Below, one piece after another: positions 27,941 through 35,494 of a DNA stretch of 64,000 nt. The DNA is taken from NCBI GenBank assembly GCA_902465155.1, contig CABQLY010000011.1, positions 1,483 through 65,482 of the forward strand, written 5' to 3'. The position numbers were made by a program, and so were the translations under genes. The DNA is from an uncultured Oscillospiraceae bacterium. Lineage in GTDB: Bacteria > Bacillota > Clostridia > Oscillospirales > Acutalibacteraceae. How positions within the stretch are numbered: the stretch's first letter is position 1; the number at the start of each line of letters is the position of its first letter. Below the pieces are notes generated by a model. That model worked only from the letters and a program-made list of their open reading frames with translations, made no database searches and was not told the origin of the DNA.

Positions 27941-27969
27941 TTGACTTCTGCTTTGTTTTATGATATATT
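27941..27969 (+). promoter_or_regulatory. Sigma-A promoter P2 (aldolase-to-pduT unit)
   Basis: TTGACT (27941-27946), 17-nt spacer, TG-A-TATATT (27964-27969). Confidence 0.6.
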
Positions 27970-28010
27970 AGGTAAGTAAAATGCTATTTTTAAAAAAGGA
28001 GTTTATGAAA

Positions 28011-28823
28011 ATGGTATCAGAGTACGAAATTAAAAAGCAAATTTGCGACATTGGCAAGCGCATTTACGGCAACGGCATGGTTGCCGCGAATGACGGCAAC
28101 ATTTCGGTAAAGCTGAACGACAACGAATTTTTATGCACCCCTACCGGTGTTAGTAAGGGCTTTATGACCCCCGAATACATTTGCAAGGTAGACGCTGACG
28201 GCAAGGTGCTGCAGGCCAACCCCGGCTTTAAGCCATCTTCTGAAATTAAAATGCACATGCGGGTTTACAAAAAACGCCCGGATGTTAATTCAGTGGTACA
28301 CGCGCACCCCATTTACGCCACCAGCTTTGCCATTGCCGGTATTCCGCTAACGCAGCCCATTATGCCCGAGGCCGTAATTGCCTTAGGCTGCGTCCCCATT
28401 GCTGAATACGGCACCCCCTCTACTGAGGAAATTCCGGACGCGGTTGAAAAATACTTACAGCATTTTGACGCCGTATTGCTGGAAAATCACGGCGCCTTAA
28501 CCTACTCCGATTCCTTACTAAACGCCTACCACAAAATGGAATCTGTTGAGTTTTACGCCAAGCTGCTGTACCTTTCCAAGCAATTGGGCGGCCCCAAAGA
28601 GCTTTCTAAGCAGCAGGTAGAGCGGCTTTACGAAATTCGCCGCCAGTTTGGCTTAAAAGGGAAACACCCGGCCGATCTTTGCCCGAACCAGGCGGCAGGC
28701 AAGCCCAGCTGCCACAGCTGCGGCGGCAATTGCTCCGGCAGCTGCAGCACCGGCGCTTCGGCTTCCGACAGCGATTTAATTGCCCAAATTACCAAAAAGG
28801 TAATGGAGCAGCTGGGAAAGTAA
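28011..28823 (+). CDS. Class II aldolase (L-fuculose/rhamnulose-1-phosphate aldolase-like) with a Cys-rich linker and a C-terminal encapsulation-peptide-like helix
   Basis: AAGGAG lies 9 nt before ATG 28011; ATG 28005 is an alternative, and 27981 is too close to the predicted transcription start. The core has NDGNISVKL...PSSEIKMHMRVY...VVHAHPIYAT...ENHGALTY. The tail has CPNQAAGKPSCHSCGGNCSGSC (28680-28745), then SDSDLIAQITKKVMEQLGK (28764-28820). Confidence 0.85.
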   Translation: MVSEYEIKKQICDIGKRIYGNGMVAANDGNISVKLNDNEFLCTPTGVSKGFMTPEYICKVDADGKVLQANPGFKPSSEIKMHMRVYKKRPDVNSVVHAHPIYATSFAIAGIPLTQPIMPEAVIALGCVPIAEYGTPSTEEIPDAVEKYLQHFDAVLLENHGALTYSDSLLNAYHKMESVEFYAKLLYLSKQLGGPKELSKQQVERLYEIRRQFGLKGKHPADLCPNQAAGKPSCHSCGGNCSGSCSTGASASDSDLIAQITKKVMEQLGK

Positions 28824-28842
28824 CCCGCAAGGGGGAAAATTT

Positions 28843-29313
28843 ATGACCGAGCAACAGCTGCAAAGCGTTATAAGCCAAAAAATTGCGCAGGCGGCGGAAA
28901 GCCAAAGCCTAACCCTGCAAAAAGCCGAGCGGCTGGCCGAACTGGTTTTAAATCGCGCGGCCGAAATGGGGGTTAACGCGGTGGTTGCCGTTGCCGACAG
29001 CGGCGGGAATCCGGTGCTGTGCAAGCGTGCGGATAACGCCTTTTTAGCCAGTTGGGATATTGCCCTTGGCAAGGCGTACACCGTAACGGCCTTAAAAACC
29101 TCTACCGCAAAGCTTAGCGTTTTGGCGGCGCCGGGCGGCGAGCTTTACGGCATTCAGTTTACCAACGGCGGCAAAATTGTTATTTTCGGCGGCGGCGAGC
29201 CGCTGCAAAGCAGTAACGGCACGCTGGTTGGCGGGCTGGGCGTTAGCGGGGGTACAGAAGGTCAGGACACCTCGCTTTCCGAATACGGAGCTGAAATTTT
29301 TAAACAATTATAA
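28843..29313 (+). CDS. GlcG/DUF336 (haem-binding, PduO-C-terminal-like) protein with an N-terminal amphipathic extension
   Basis: 156 aa. VAVADSGGNPVLCKRADNAFLASWDIALGKAYTVTALK...GGLGVSGGTEGQD is the GlcG fold signature. The N-terminal end is MTEQQLQSVISQKIAQAA. Confidence 0.7.
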   Translation: MTEQQLQSVISQKIAQAAESQSLTLQKAERLAELVLNRAAEMGVNAVVAVADSGGNPVLCKRADNAFLASWDIALGKAYTVTALKTSTAKLSVLAAPGGELYGIQFTNGGKIVIFGGGEPLQSSNGTLVGGLGVSGGTEGQDTSLSEYGAEIFKQL

Positions 29314-29331
29314 AGAAATGAGAATGTAATA

Positions 29332-30528
29332 ATGAATTCAGCAGAAATTGAAAAGGTTGTTCAGCAGGTTATTGCGCAAATGCACGGCCAGGAGCCGGCT
29401 GCCGCGGCAAAACCGGCCGGCGCGCTGCCCAAAACCGCGCGTGTGGCAATGCTAACCGAAAAAGAGCATTTTGAGTTAAAAGAATTCCCAATTCCGCCGC
29501 TGGGCGATGGGGACATTTTAGTAAAGGTTGAGGGCTGCGGCGTTTGCGGCACCGACGCGCACGAGTTTAAGCGCGACCCGTTTGGCCTTATTCCGGTAGC
29601 GCTGGGGCACGAGGGCTCGGGCGAAATTGTTGCCATGGGCAAAAATGTTAAGGCCGACAGCGCCGGCAAACCGCTGCATATTGGGGACAAGGTTGTAACC
29701 TGCATGATTTTTAAAGACAACCCCGATATTACCATGTTTGATTTAAACAAGCAAAATGTTGGCGGGGCCGATGTTTACGGCCTGCTGCCGGATGACGACA
29801 TTCACTTAAACGGCTGGTTTTCCGACTACCTATTTGTGCGTGAGGGCTCTACCATTTTTAATGTAAGCGAGCTGGATTTAGACTCCAGATTGCTTATTGA
29901 GCCTTCGGCCGTTTTGGTGCACGCGGTAGAGCGCGCCAAAACCACCAACATTTTGCGGTTTAACAGCCGCGTGGTGGTGCAGGGCTGCGGCCCAATTGGC
30001 CTGCTTTGCATTGCCGTGCTGCGCACCATGGGCGTAGAAAACATTGTGGCAGTAGACGGTGAGGATAAGCGCCTTTCGGTAGCGCGCGAGATGGGCGCTG
30101 GCGCCACGGTAAACTTTAAAAACCACAAGGGCATTGAGGCCTTAACCCAAGCGGTAGAGGAGGCCTTTGGCGGCCACCCGGCCGACTTTGGCTTTCAGTG
30201 CACCGGTTCGCCGGTTGCCCACGCCAACATTTACAAATTTATTCGCAACGGCGGCGGCCTTTGCGAGTTAGGCTTTTTTATTAACGGCGGCGACGCAACC
30301 ATTAACCCGCACTTTGATATTTGCGCCAAGGAAATTACCACGGTTGGCTCTTGGGTGTACACCCTGCGGGATTACGCCACAACCTTTGACTTCTTAAAAC
30401 GGGCAAAGGGCATTGGCCTGCCAATAGAAAAGCTGATCACCCACCGGTTCCCGCTGGAGCAAATTAACGAGGCGCTTAAAACCAACCTGAGTATGCAGGG
30501 CCTTAAAATTGCTGTTGTAAACCGGTAA
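29332..30528 (+). CDS. Zn-dependent medium-chain alcohol dehydrogenase with an N-terminal encapsulation peptide
   Basis: 398 aa. N-terminal MNSAEIEKVVQQVIAQMHG plus an Ala/Pro linker, then the MDR core (GCGVCGTDAHEF, GHEGSGEIV, VVVQGCGPIGL). Confidence 0.85.
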   Translation: MNSAEIEKVVQQVIAQMHGQEPAAAAKPAGALPKTARVAMLTEKEHFELKEFPIPPLGDGDILVKVEGCGVCGTDAHEFKRDPFGLIPVALGHEGSGEIVAMGKNVKADSAGKPLHIGDKVVTCMIFKDNPDITMFDLNKQNVGGADVYGLLPDDDIHLNGWFSDYLFVREGSTIFNVSELDLDSRLLIEPSAVLVHAVERAKTTNILRFNSRVVVQGCGPIGLLCIAVLRTMGVENIVAVDGEDKRLSVAREMGAGATVNFKNHKGIEALTQAVEEAFGGHPADFGFQCTGSPVAHANIYKFIRNGGGLCELGFFINGGDATINPHFDICAKEITTVGSWVYTLRDYATTFDFLKRAKGIGLPIEKLITHRFPLEQINEALKTNLSMQGLKIAVVNR

Positions 30529-30541
30529 GCGGGTGCAAAGC

Positions 30542-30856
30542 ATGAATAAAGCAGTTGGAATTTTAGAGGTTTACGGCCTGGTTGCGGCGTTTGTTGCCTG
30601 CGACGCCGGCTGTAAGGCCGCTAACGTTACGGTGGAAAATTTTGATAAAAATAAGCCCGGCAACCCCGATTCCCTAAAGGTTCCGCTTATTGTTGCGGTA
30701 AAATTCAGGGGCTCGGTAAGCGATGTTCGCGCTGCGGTTGCAGCGGCTGCCGAGGCAGTAAACAAGGTTTCGGGCGTTGTAACGCAGCACATTATTCCGT
30801 CCCCCGAGGACGGCACCGAAAAAATGCTGAAGCTAAACGCTTTTGACAAAAATTAA
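30542..30856 (+). CDS. Divergent BMC-H shell protein
   Basis: [31 protein letters not shown]...[22 protein letters not shown]...HIIPSP is a BMC domain with an insertion ([16 protein letters not shown]). The ATG at 30542 is preferred over the GTG at 30533. Confidence 0.7.
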   Translation: MNKAVGILEVYGLVAAFVACDAGCKAANVTVENFDKNKPGNPDSLKVPLIVAVKFRGSVSDVRAAVAAAAEAVNKVSGVVTQHIIPSPEDGTEKMLKLNAFDKN

Positions 30857-30915
30857 ACTTTAACCCTGCGCCGGCGCTAAGGTCACCGGGCGCAAAACAA
30901 ACGGAGGAAAACACA

Positions 30916-31191
30916 ATGGCATTTGAAGCACTTGGAATGGTAGAAACCCGCGGCCTGGTAGCCGCAATTGAGGCTGCCGACGCAATGGTAAAATCGGCAG
31001 AGGTTTCGTTAATCGGCACCGAAAAAATTGGTTCCGGCTTGGTAACCGTAATGGTTCGGGGCGATGTTGGCGCCGTTAAGGCCGCAACCGAGGCCGGCTC
31101 TAACGCCGCCTCTAAGCTGGGCGAGCTGGTGGCGGTACATGTAATTCCGCGCCCGCACACCGATGTTGAAAAAATTCTGCCTGTACTTTAA
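30916..31191 (+). CDS. pduA: BMC-H shell protein (PduA/PduJ-like), paralog 1
   Basis: 91 aa. [30 protein letters not shown]...[23 protein letters not shown]...HVIPRPH. Confidence 0.95.
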   Translation: MAFEALGMVETRGLVAAIEAADAMVKSAEVSLIGTEKIGSGLVTVMVRGDVGAVKAATEAGSNAASKLGELVAVHVIPRPHTDVEKILPVL

Positions 31192-31205
31192 AAAGGGGAA
31201 TTTCA

Positions 31206-31538
31206 ATGAAGTCTTTAGGGCTGGTTGAGGTGTCCGGCGTTTCGGCCGCGGTAGATTGCTTAGATTTAATGTGCAAGGCGGCCGAGGTGGAGCTTGTAAC
31301 CTGGGAGCGTAAGCTTGGCGGCCGCTTGGTAACCATTATTGTACAGGGGCAGGTTTCGGCCGTACAGGCCGCGGTAGAGGCCGCGGTAGCCGGGGCGATT
31401 AAAACCCCGGTGGCCCACGCCGTTATTGCAAACCCGCACAGCGAAACCGCGCGCATGGCACAGCTTAGCGCAAAGCGTATTCAGCAAAAAAATACGCCGG
31501 TAAAGGAACAATCGGACGCCTATTTAAAAGAGGTATAA
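31206..31538 (+). CDS. Divergent BMC-H shell protein with a C-terminal extension
   Basis: 110 aa. MKSLGLVEVSGVSAAVDCLDLMCKAAEVELV...LVTIIVQGQVSAVQAAVEA...VIANPH plus a tail of about 25 aa. Confidence 0.8.
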   Translation: MKSLGLVEVSGVSAAVDCLDLMCKAAEVELVTWERKLGGRLVTIIVQGQVSAVQAAVEAAVAGAIKTPVAHAVIANPHSETARMAQLSAKRIQQKNTPVKEQSDAYLKEV

Positions 31539-31562
31539 CAACCAAATAAAGGTGGTTTTGTT

Positions 31563-31949
31563 ATGGCAAATTCTGCAAAAGCTAAAAAACCGGCTGCAAA
31601 GCCCGCCGCAAAGGCAGCTGCGCCGGCACCGGCCGTTCAAAAGGCCGAACCTAAAAAGGAGGAAAAAACAATGGCATTAGAGGCACTTGGTATGGTAGAA
31701 ACTCGCGGTCTTACCGCCGCAATAGAGGCTGCCGACGCAATGACCAAAGCGGCAAATGTTGTTTTGGTAGGCACCGAAAAAATCGGCTCCGGCTTAGTAA
31801 CCGTAATGGTTCGGGGCGATGTTGGCGCCGTTAAGGCCGCGGTAGAATCCGGGTCCGACGCCGCTTCTCGCTTAGGGGAGCTGGTAGCGGTTCATGTAAT
31901 TCCGCGCCCGCACGCAGATGTTGAAAAAATTCTGCCCACCCTTAAATAA
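31563..31949 (+). CDS. pduA: BMC-H shell protein (PduA/PduJ-like), paralog 2, with an optional 36-aa Lys/Ala/Pro-rich N-terminal extension
   Basis: ATG 31563 (AAGGTGG 7 nt upstream) yields [36 protein letters not shown] fused to the BMC domain. The internal ATG 31671 has the same AAGGAGG-N8 context as paralogs 1 and 3 and would give a canonical 92-aa protein. Confidence 0.85.
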   Translation: MANSAKAKKPAAKPAAKAAAPAPAVQKAEPKKEEKTMALEALGMVETRGLTAAIEAADAMTKAANVVLVGTEKIGSGLVTVMVRGDVGAVKAAVESGSDAASRLGELVAVHVIPRPHADVEKILPTLK

Positions 31950-31987
31950 TTTTAACCGCTGCGGCGCGTTTTGCGCCGTACCATAAA

Positions 31988-32013
31988 GCCGCAACCGGTT
32001 GGTGCGGCGTTTT
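31988..32013 (+). promoter_or_regulatory. Intercistronic hairpin with U-tract (partial terminator or mRNA stabiliser)
   Basis: GCCGCAACC-GGTT-GGTGCGGC (8 bp with one bulge) followed by GTTTT. It is preceded by a second hairpin, CGGCGC-GTTTT-GCGCCG, at 31962-31978. Confidence 0.4.
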
Positions 32014-32027
32014 AGGAGGAAATTAAA

Positions 32028-32306
32028 ATGGCACTTGAAGCACTTGGCATGGTAGAAACCCGCGGTTTGGTAGCCGCAATTGAGGCTGCCGACGCAATGG
32101 TAAAATCCGCAAATGTTGAGCTAATTGGCACCGAAAAAATTGGTTCCGGCTTGGTAACCGTAATGGTTCGGGGCGATGTTGGCGCTGTTAAATCGGCAAC
32201 CGAGGCCGGTTCTAACGCCGCTTCCCATTTAGGGGAGCTGGTAGCGGTACATGTAATTCCGCGCCCCCATTCGGATGTTGAAAAGATTTTACCGAAATTA
32301 AAGTAA
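32028..32306 (+). CDS. pduA: BMC-H shell protein (PduA/PduJ-like), paralog 3
   Basis: 92 aa, near-identical to paralogs 1 and 2, including long identical nucleotide runs. Confidence 0.95.
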   Translation: MALEALGMVETRGLVAAIEAADAMVKSANVELIGTEKIGSGLVTVMVRGDVGAVKSATEAGSNAASHLGELVAVHVIPRPHSDVEKILPKLK

Positions 32307-32316
32307 TTTGCTTTTT

Positions 32317-32351
32317 CGGGCTCTGCTTTGGCGTTTGCAGGGCAGAGCCCG
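32317..32351 (+). promoter_or_regulatory. Intercistronic 10-bp hairpin between the major shell genes and the pentamer gene
   Basis: CGGGCTCTGC (32317-32326) pairs with GCAGAGCCCG (32342-32351). There is no U-tract. Confidence 0.45.
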
Positions 32352-32403
32352 GCAATTACGGCCGGGTATTTCGGCTCATCTTTCACAGAAAGGGTGTTTA
32401 CAC

Positions 32404-32664
32404 TTGGTTGTTGGTAAGGTTGTTGGCAGCGTAGTTGCCACCCGCAAAAACGAAGGGCTGCTTGGCAGCAAATTTATGATTATTGAGCCGCTGGATAATA
32501 TGGCGCACAAGGGGCGCTTGGTGGCGGTAGATAATGTTGGCGCCGGTATTGGCGAGGTTGTTTTGGTTGCGCAGGGCAGCGCCGCAAGAATTGGCTGCGG
32601 TATGGAATCTGCACCGGTAGACGCGGCCATTGTTGGCATTGTAGATGATTCTGTTGGCCTTTAA
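32404..32664 (+). CDS. pduN: BMC-P pentameric vertex protein (EutN/PduN/CcmL family)
   Basis: TTG at 32404, 7 nt after AAAGGGTG, gives (M)VVGKVVGSVVATRKNEGLLGSKFMIIEPL...VAVDNVGAGIGEVVLVAQGSAAR. The upstream part of track ORF 32308 covers the hairpin and looks non-coding. Confidence 0.85.
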   Translation: MVVGKVVGSVVATRKNEGLLGSKFMIIEPLDNMAHKGRLVAVDNVGAGIGEVVLVAQGSAARIGCGMESAPVDAAIVGIVDDSVGL

Positions 32665-32744
32665 TTTTGGCCCGATAAACGCCGGTTAGGCCTGCAAAGC
32701 TTGGCTCTTACCGGCCAAAACAAACAGATGATACGGAAGACGAT

Positions 32745-34088
32745 ATGATGAATATTAACGAACTAAAATCAATTTTGAAAAAAAGCGGTGTTGTAGGCGC
32801 CGGCGGCGCCGGCTTTCCCAGCTACGGAAAGCTAAACGAAAACGCCGATACCATTATATTAAACTGCGCGGAATGTGAACCGCTGCTTAAATTGCACCGC
32901 CAGGTGCTGCAGCACTACGCGCGGGAGATTTTAACCGCTATGACGGCCGTGTGCGAGGCGGTAGGCGCCAAGCAGGCCATTGTTGCCGTTAAGCCTTCTT
33001 ACAAAGCGGCGGTAGAAGCTGTAAAGGCCTGCCTGCCCGATTTTAAACTGGTTCGCATTGGTCTGCTGCCCGAGGTTTACCCCGCCGGGGACGAGGTTGT
33101 TACCATTTACGAGGTTACCGGGCGGGTAGTGCAGCCCGGCAAGCTGCCCATTAGCCAGGGCGTTATTGTGTATAATGTAGAAACTATGTTAAACGCCTAC
33201 CGCGCCATTACGGCCGGTGCCGGCGTAACCCACAAATACATTACCGTAACGGGCGCTGTAAAAAATCCGGTTACCCTGCGGGTGCCGTTGGGGGTTACCT
33301 TTGGCGAGGTGCTGGCTTTGGCCGGCGGCCCAACCATTCAAAATTACACCCTAATCGGCGGCGGCCCAATGACGGGCAGCATTGTGCAGGAAAGCGGCGT
33401 TGTTACCAAAACCTCAAACGCTATTTTGGTGGTTCCGCAGGACCATTACATTGTGCGCAAGCGCTTGGCCGACCCGCGTATTTCCCTAAAACGGGCCATG
33501 TCGGCCTGCTGCCAATGTCACACCTGCACCAACCTGTGCCCGCGGCATTTGTTGGGCCACCCCATTGACCCGGCAAAGTTCATGCGCAGCGTTTCTACCG
33601 GCACCACCCAAAATGTAGAGCCGTATTTGGGCACCTTTTTTTGCAGTGCCTGCGGCCTGTGCGAAATGTTTTCTTGCTTTCAGGGGCTTTCTCCCCGCAC
33701 TTTAATTGGCAATGTGAAAGGGCAGCTGCGGCGCGGCGGAATTCCGCTGCCCGAGGTTACCGCCGGCCCGGTTTCTTCACAGCGGCAGGGGCGGTATGTT
33801 TTAAAATCGCGCTTAACGGCTCGGCTGGGCTTAACGCAGTACAACGCGCCGGCCCCGCTTACCGAGCAAAATTACGAACCCAAAAGCGTTAAGCTGCTGC
33901 TTTCGCAGCACATTGGCGCTCCGGCGGCCGCCGTTGTTAAAATGGGCGACCGGGTTACCGCCGGGCAGGCGGTGGCCGAGGCCGATGAGACCAAGCTTGG
34001 CGTTAATATTCACACCCCAATTGGCGGGTTGGTAACCGAGGTTACCGAAAGCTACATTGTTGTAGCGGCAGAAAGGAAGGAAAGGTAA
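32745..34088 (+). CDS. pduS: PduS-like flavo-iron-sulfur protein (RnfC/NuoF-type fold with SLBB and 2x[4Fe-4S] motifs)
   Basis: 447 aa. GVVGAGGAGFPSYGKL, NCAECEPLL, and CCQCHTCTNLCP...CSACGLCEMFSC ferredoxin motifs. Confidence 0.85.
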   Translation: MMNINELKSILKKSGVVGAGGAGFPSYGKLNENADTIILNCAECEPLLKLHRQVLQHYAREILTAMTAVCEAVGAKQAIVAVKPSYKAAVEAVKACLPDFKLVRIGLLPEVYPAGDEVVTIYEVTGRVVQPGKLPISQGVIVYNVETMLNAYRAITAGAGVTHKYITVTGAVKNPVTLRVPLGVTFGEVLALAGGPTIQNYTLIGGGPMTGSIVQESGVVTKTSNAILVVPQDHYIVRKRLADPRISLKRAMSACCQCHTCTNLCPRHLLGHPIDPAKFMRSVSTGTTQNVEPYLGTFFCSACGLCEMFSCFQGLSPRTLIGNVKGQLRRGGIPLPEVTAGPVSSQRQGRYVLKSRLTARLGLTQYNAPAPLTEQNYEPKSVKLLLSQHIGAPAAAVVKMGDRVTAGQAVAEADETKLGVNIHTPIGGLVTEVTESYIVVAAERKER

Positions 34089-34637
34089 ATGGCAACAGCA
34101 ATTGGAATGGTAGAATTTATGACCGTTTCCTCCGGCATGCGCGGTGCAGATACCATGATTAAAACCGCCGAGGTAGGAGTTGTAGAAAGCGCAACGGTTT
34201 GCCCCGGTAAGTACATTGTAATTATTAGCGGCGATTTAAGCGCCGTAAAGGCCTCGGTAGAGGCTGCAAAGGTGCAAGCCCCCGAAAAGGTAATTGACAG
34301 CTTTGTTTTAGGCAACCCGCACGAGGCTATTTTTCCGGCCATTTACGGGGCCGGCGCGCCGGAGGGCGTAGAGGCGCTTGGCGTTTTAGAAAGCTTTTCG
34401 GCCGCTACGGCCGTTGTTGCGGCCGATGCCGCCGCCAAAACCGCACTGGTAGATTTAATTGAGCTGCGGTTGGCCCGCGGTATGTGCGGAAAATCTTATT
34501 TACTAATTACGGGCAGCGTTTCGGCTGTTTCGGCCGCAATTGAGCGGGCCGAAAGCGAGGCTGCCGAGCGGGGCATGCTGCTGGACAGCTCGGTTATTCC
34601 GCGCCCCGACCAAAAGCTTTGGGATAGCATTTTGTAA
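34089..34637 (+). CDS. pduT: BMC-T tandem-domain shell protein (PduT-like)
   Basis: 182 aa with two BMC domains. The first carries the pore cysteine context SATVCPGKYIVIISGD, as in the Fe-S-binding PduT. Confidence 0.85.
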   Translation: MATAIGMVEFMTVSSGMRGADTMIKTAEVGVVESATVCPGKYIVIISGDLSAVKASVEAAKVQAPEKVIDSFVLGNPHEAIFPAIYGAGAPEGVEALGVLESFSAATAVVAADAAAKTALVDLIELRLARGMCGKSYLLITGSVSAVSAAIERAESEAAERGMLLDSSVIPRPDQKLWDSIL

Positions 34638-34719
34638 GCCCAGTTTGCTTTGGTAGCCTGTTTTAAAGGGTTTAAAAACTTTTAGGGTTTAAAAAATTGT
34701 TGCAAAGGGGGCGGGCGCC

Positions 34720-35478
34720 GTGCTGGCTATAGAGCGCAGAAATGCCATTTTAGCAAAAATATCCTTAACCGGGAAGGTGCTGGTAAGCGATTTAAGCCGG
34801 GATTTTGGCGTAACCGAGGAAACCATTCGCCGCGATTTAGAAAAGCTGGACCACGACGGGCTGGTTACCAAAACCTACGGCGGCGCCGTAAAGAACGAGA
34901 ATTATAACATAGATCTGCCCTTTCATGTTCGCCAGCAGGAGAATATTGAAAAAAAGCAGCATATTGCCGCGTTAATTGCCGCCATGATTCACGACGGCGA
35001 TTACATTATGCTGGATTCCAGCACCACGGCACTTTATGTTATTCGCAGCATTTTAAACTTAAAAAAAATTACGCTGATTACCAATTCTATTGAGATTTTA
35101 ATAGAGCTTTGCAATAAAACCGATTGGAATATTATTTCTACCGGCGGCGTTTTAAAAGAGGGCGGGCTTTCCCTTTTAGGGTACCAGGCCGAAAAAATGG
35201 TAGCCGGCTTTCACGCCGATTTAGCCATTTGCTCTTGCAAAGGGGTAAGCTTTGAGCTGGGCGTAACCGACTCTAACGAGCGGGACAGCGAAATTAAAAA
35301 AGCCTTTTTTAAGGCTTGCAAAACCAAAATTTTAGCGGCCGACAGCAGCAAATTTAACAAAACCGCTTTTACCAAAATTTGCGATTTTTCGGCCGTAGAT
35401 ACAGTTGTGACCGACTGCGACCCCGGCCCCCGCTGGCAAGAGCATTTGCGGGAAACGGGCGTTGCGTTAAAGTATTAA
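34720..35478 (+). CDS. DeoR-family transcriptional regulator (FucR/GlpR-like)
   Basis: GTG start 8 nt after AAGGGGG. N-terminal HTH (RRNAILAKISLTGKVLVSDLSRDFGVTEETIRRDLEKL) plus a DeoR C-terminal sugar-phosphate sensor domain. Confidence 0.85.
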   Translation: MLAIERRNAILAKISLTGKVLVSDLSRDFGVTEETIRRDLEKLDHDGLVTKTYGGAVKNENYNIDLPFHVRQQENIEKKQHIAALIAAMIHDGDYIMLDSSTTALYVIRSILNLKKITLITNSIEILIELCNKTDWNIISTGGVLKEGGLSLLGYQAEKMVAGFHADLAICSCKGVSFELGVTDSNERDSEIKKAFFKACKTKILAADSSKFNKTAFTKICDFSAVDTVVTDCDPGPRWQEHLRETGVALKY

Positions 35479-35494
35479 ATAAGGAGCAAAACGC

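Noticed and set aside
31563-31670. Treating the Lys/Ala/Pro-rich 36-codon segment as a separate small gene
   Set aside because: It has no stop before the BMC domain and is in frame with it. It can only be an N-terminal extension or untranslated leader.
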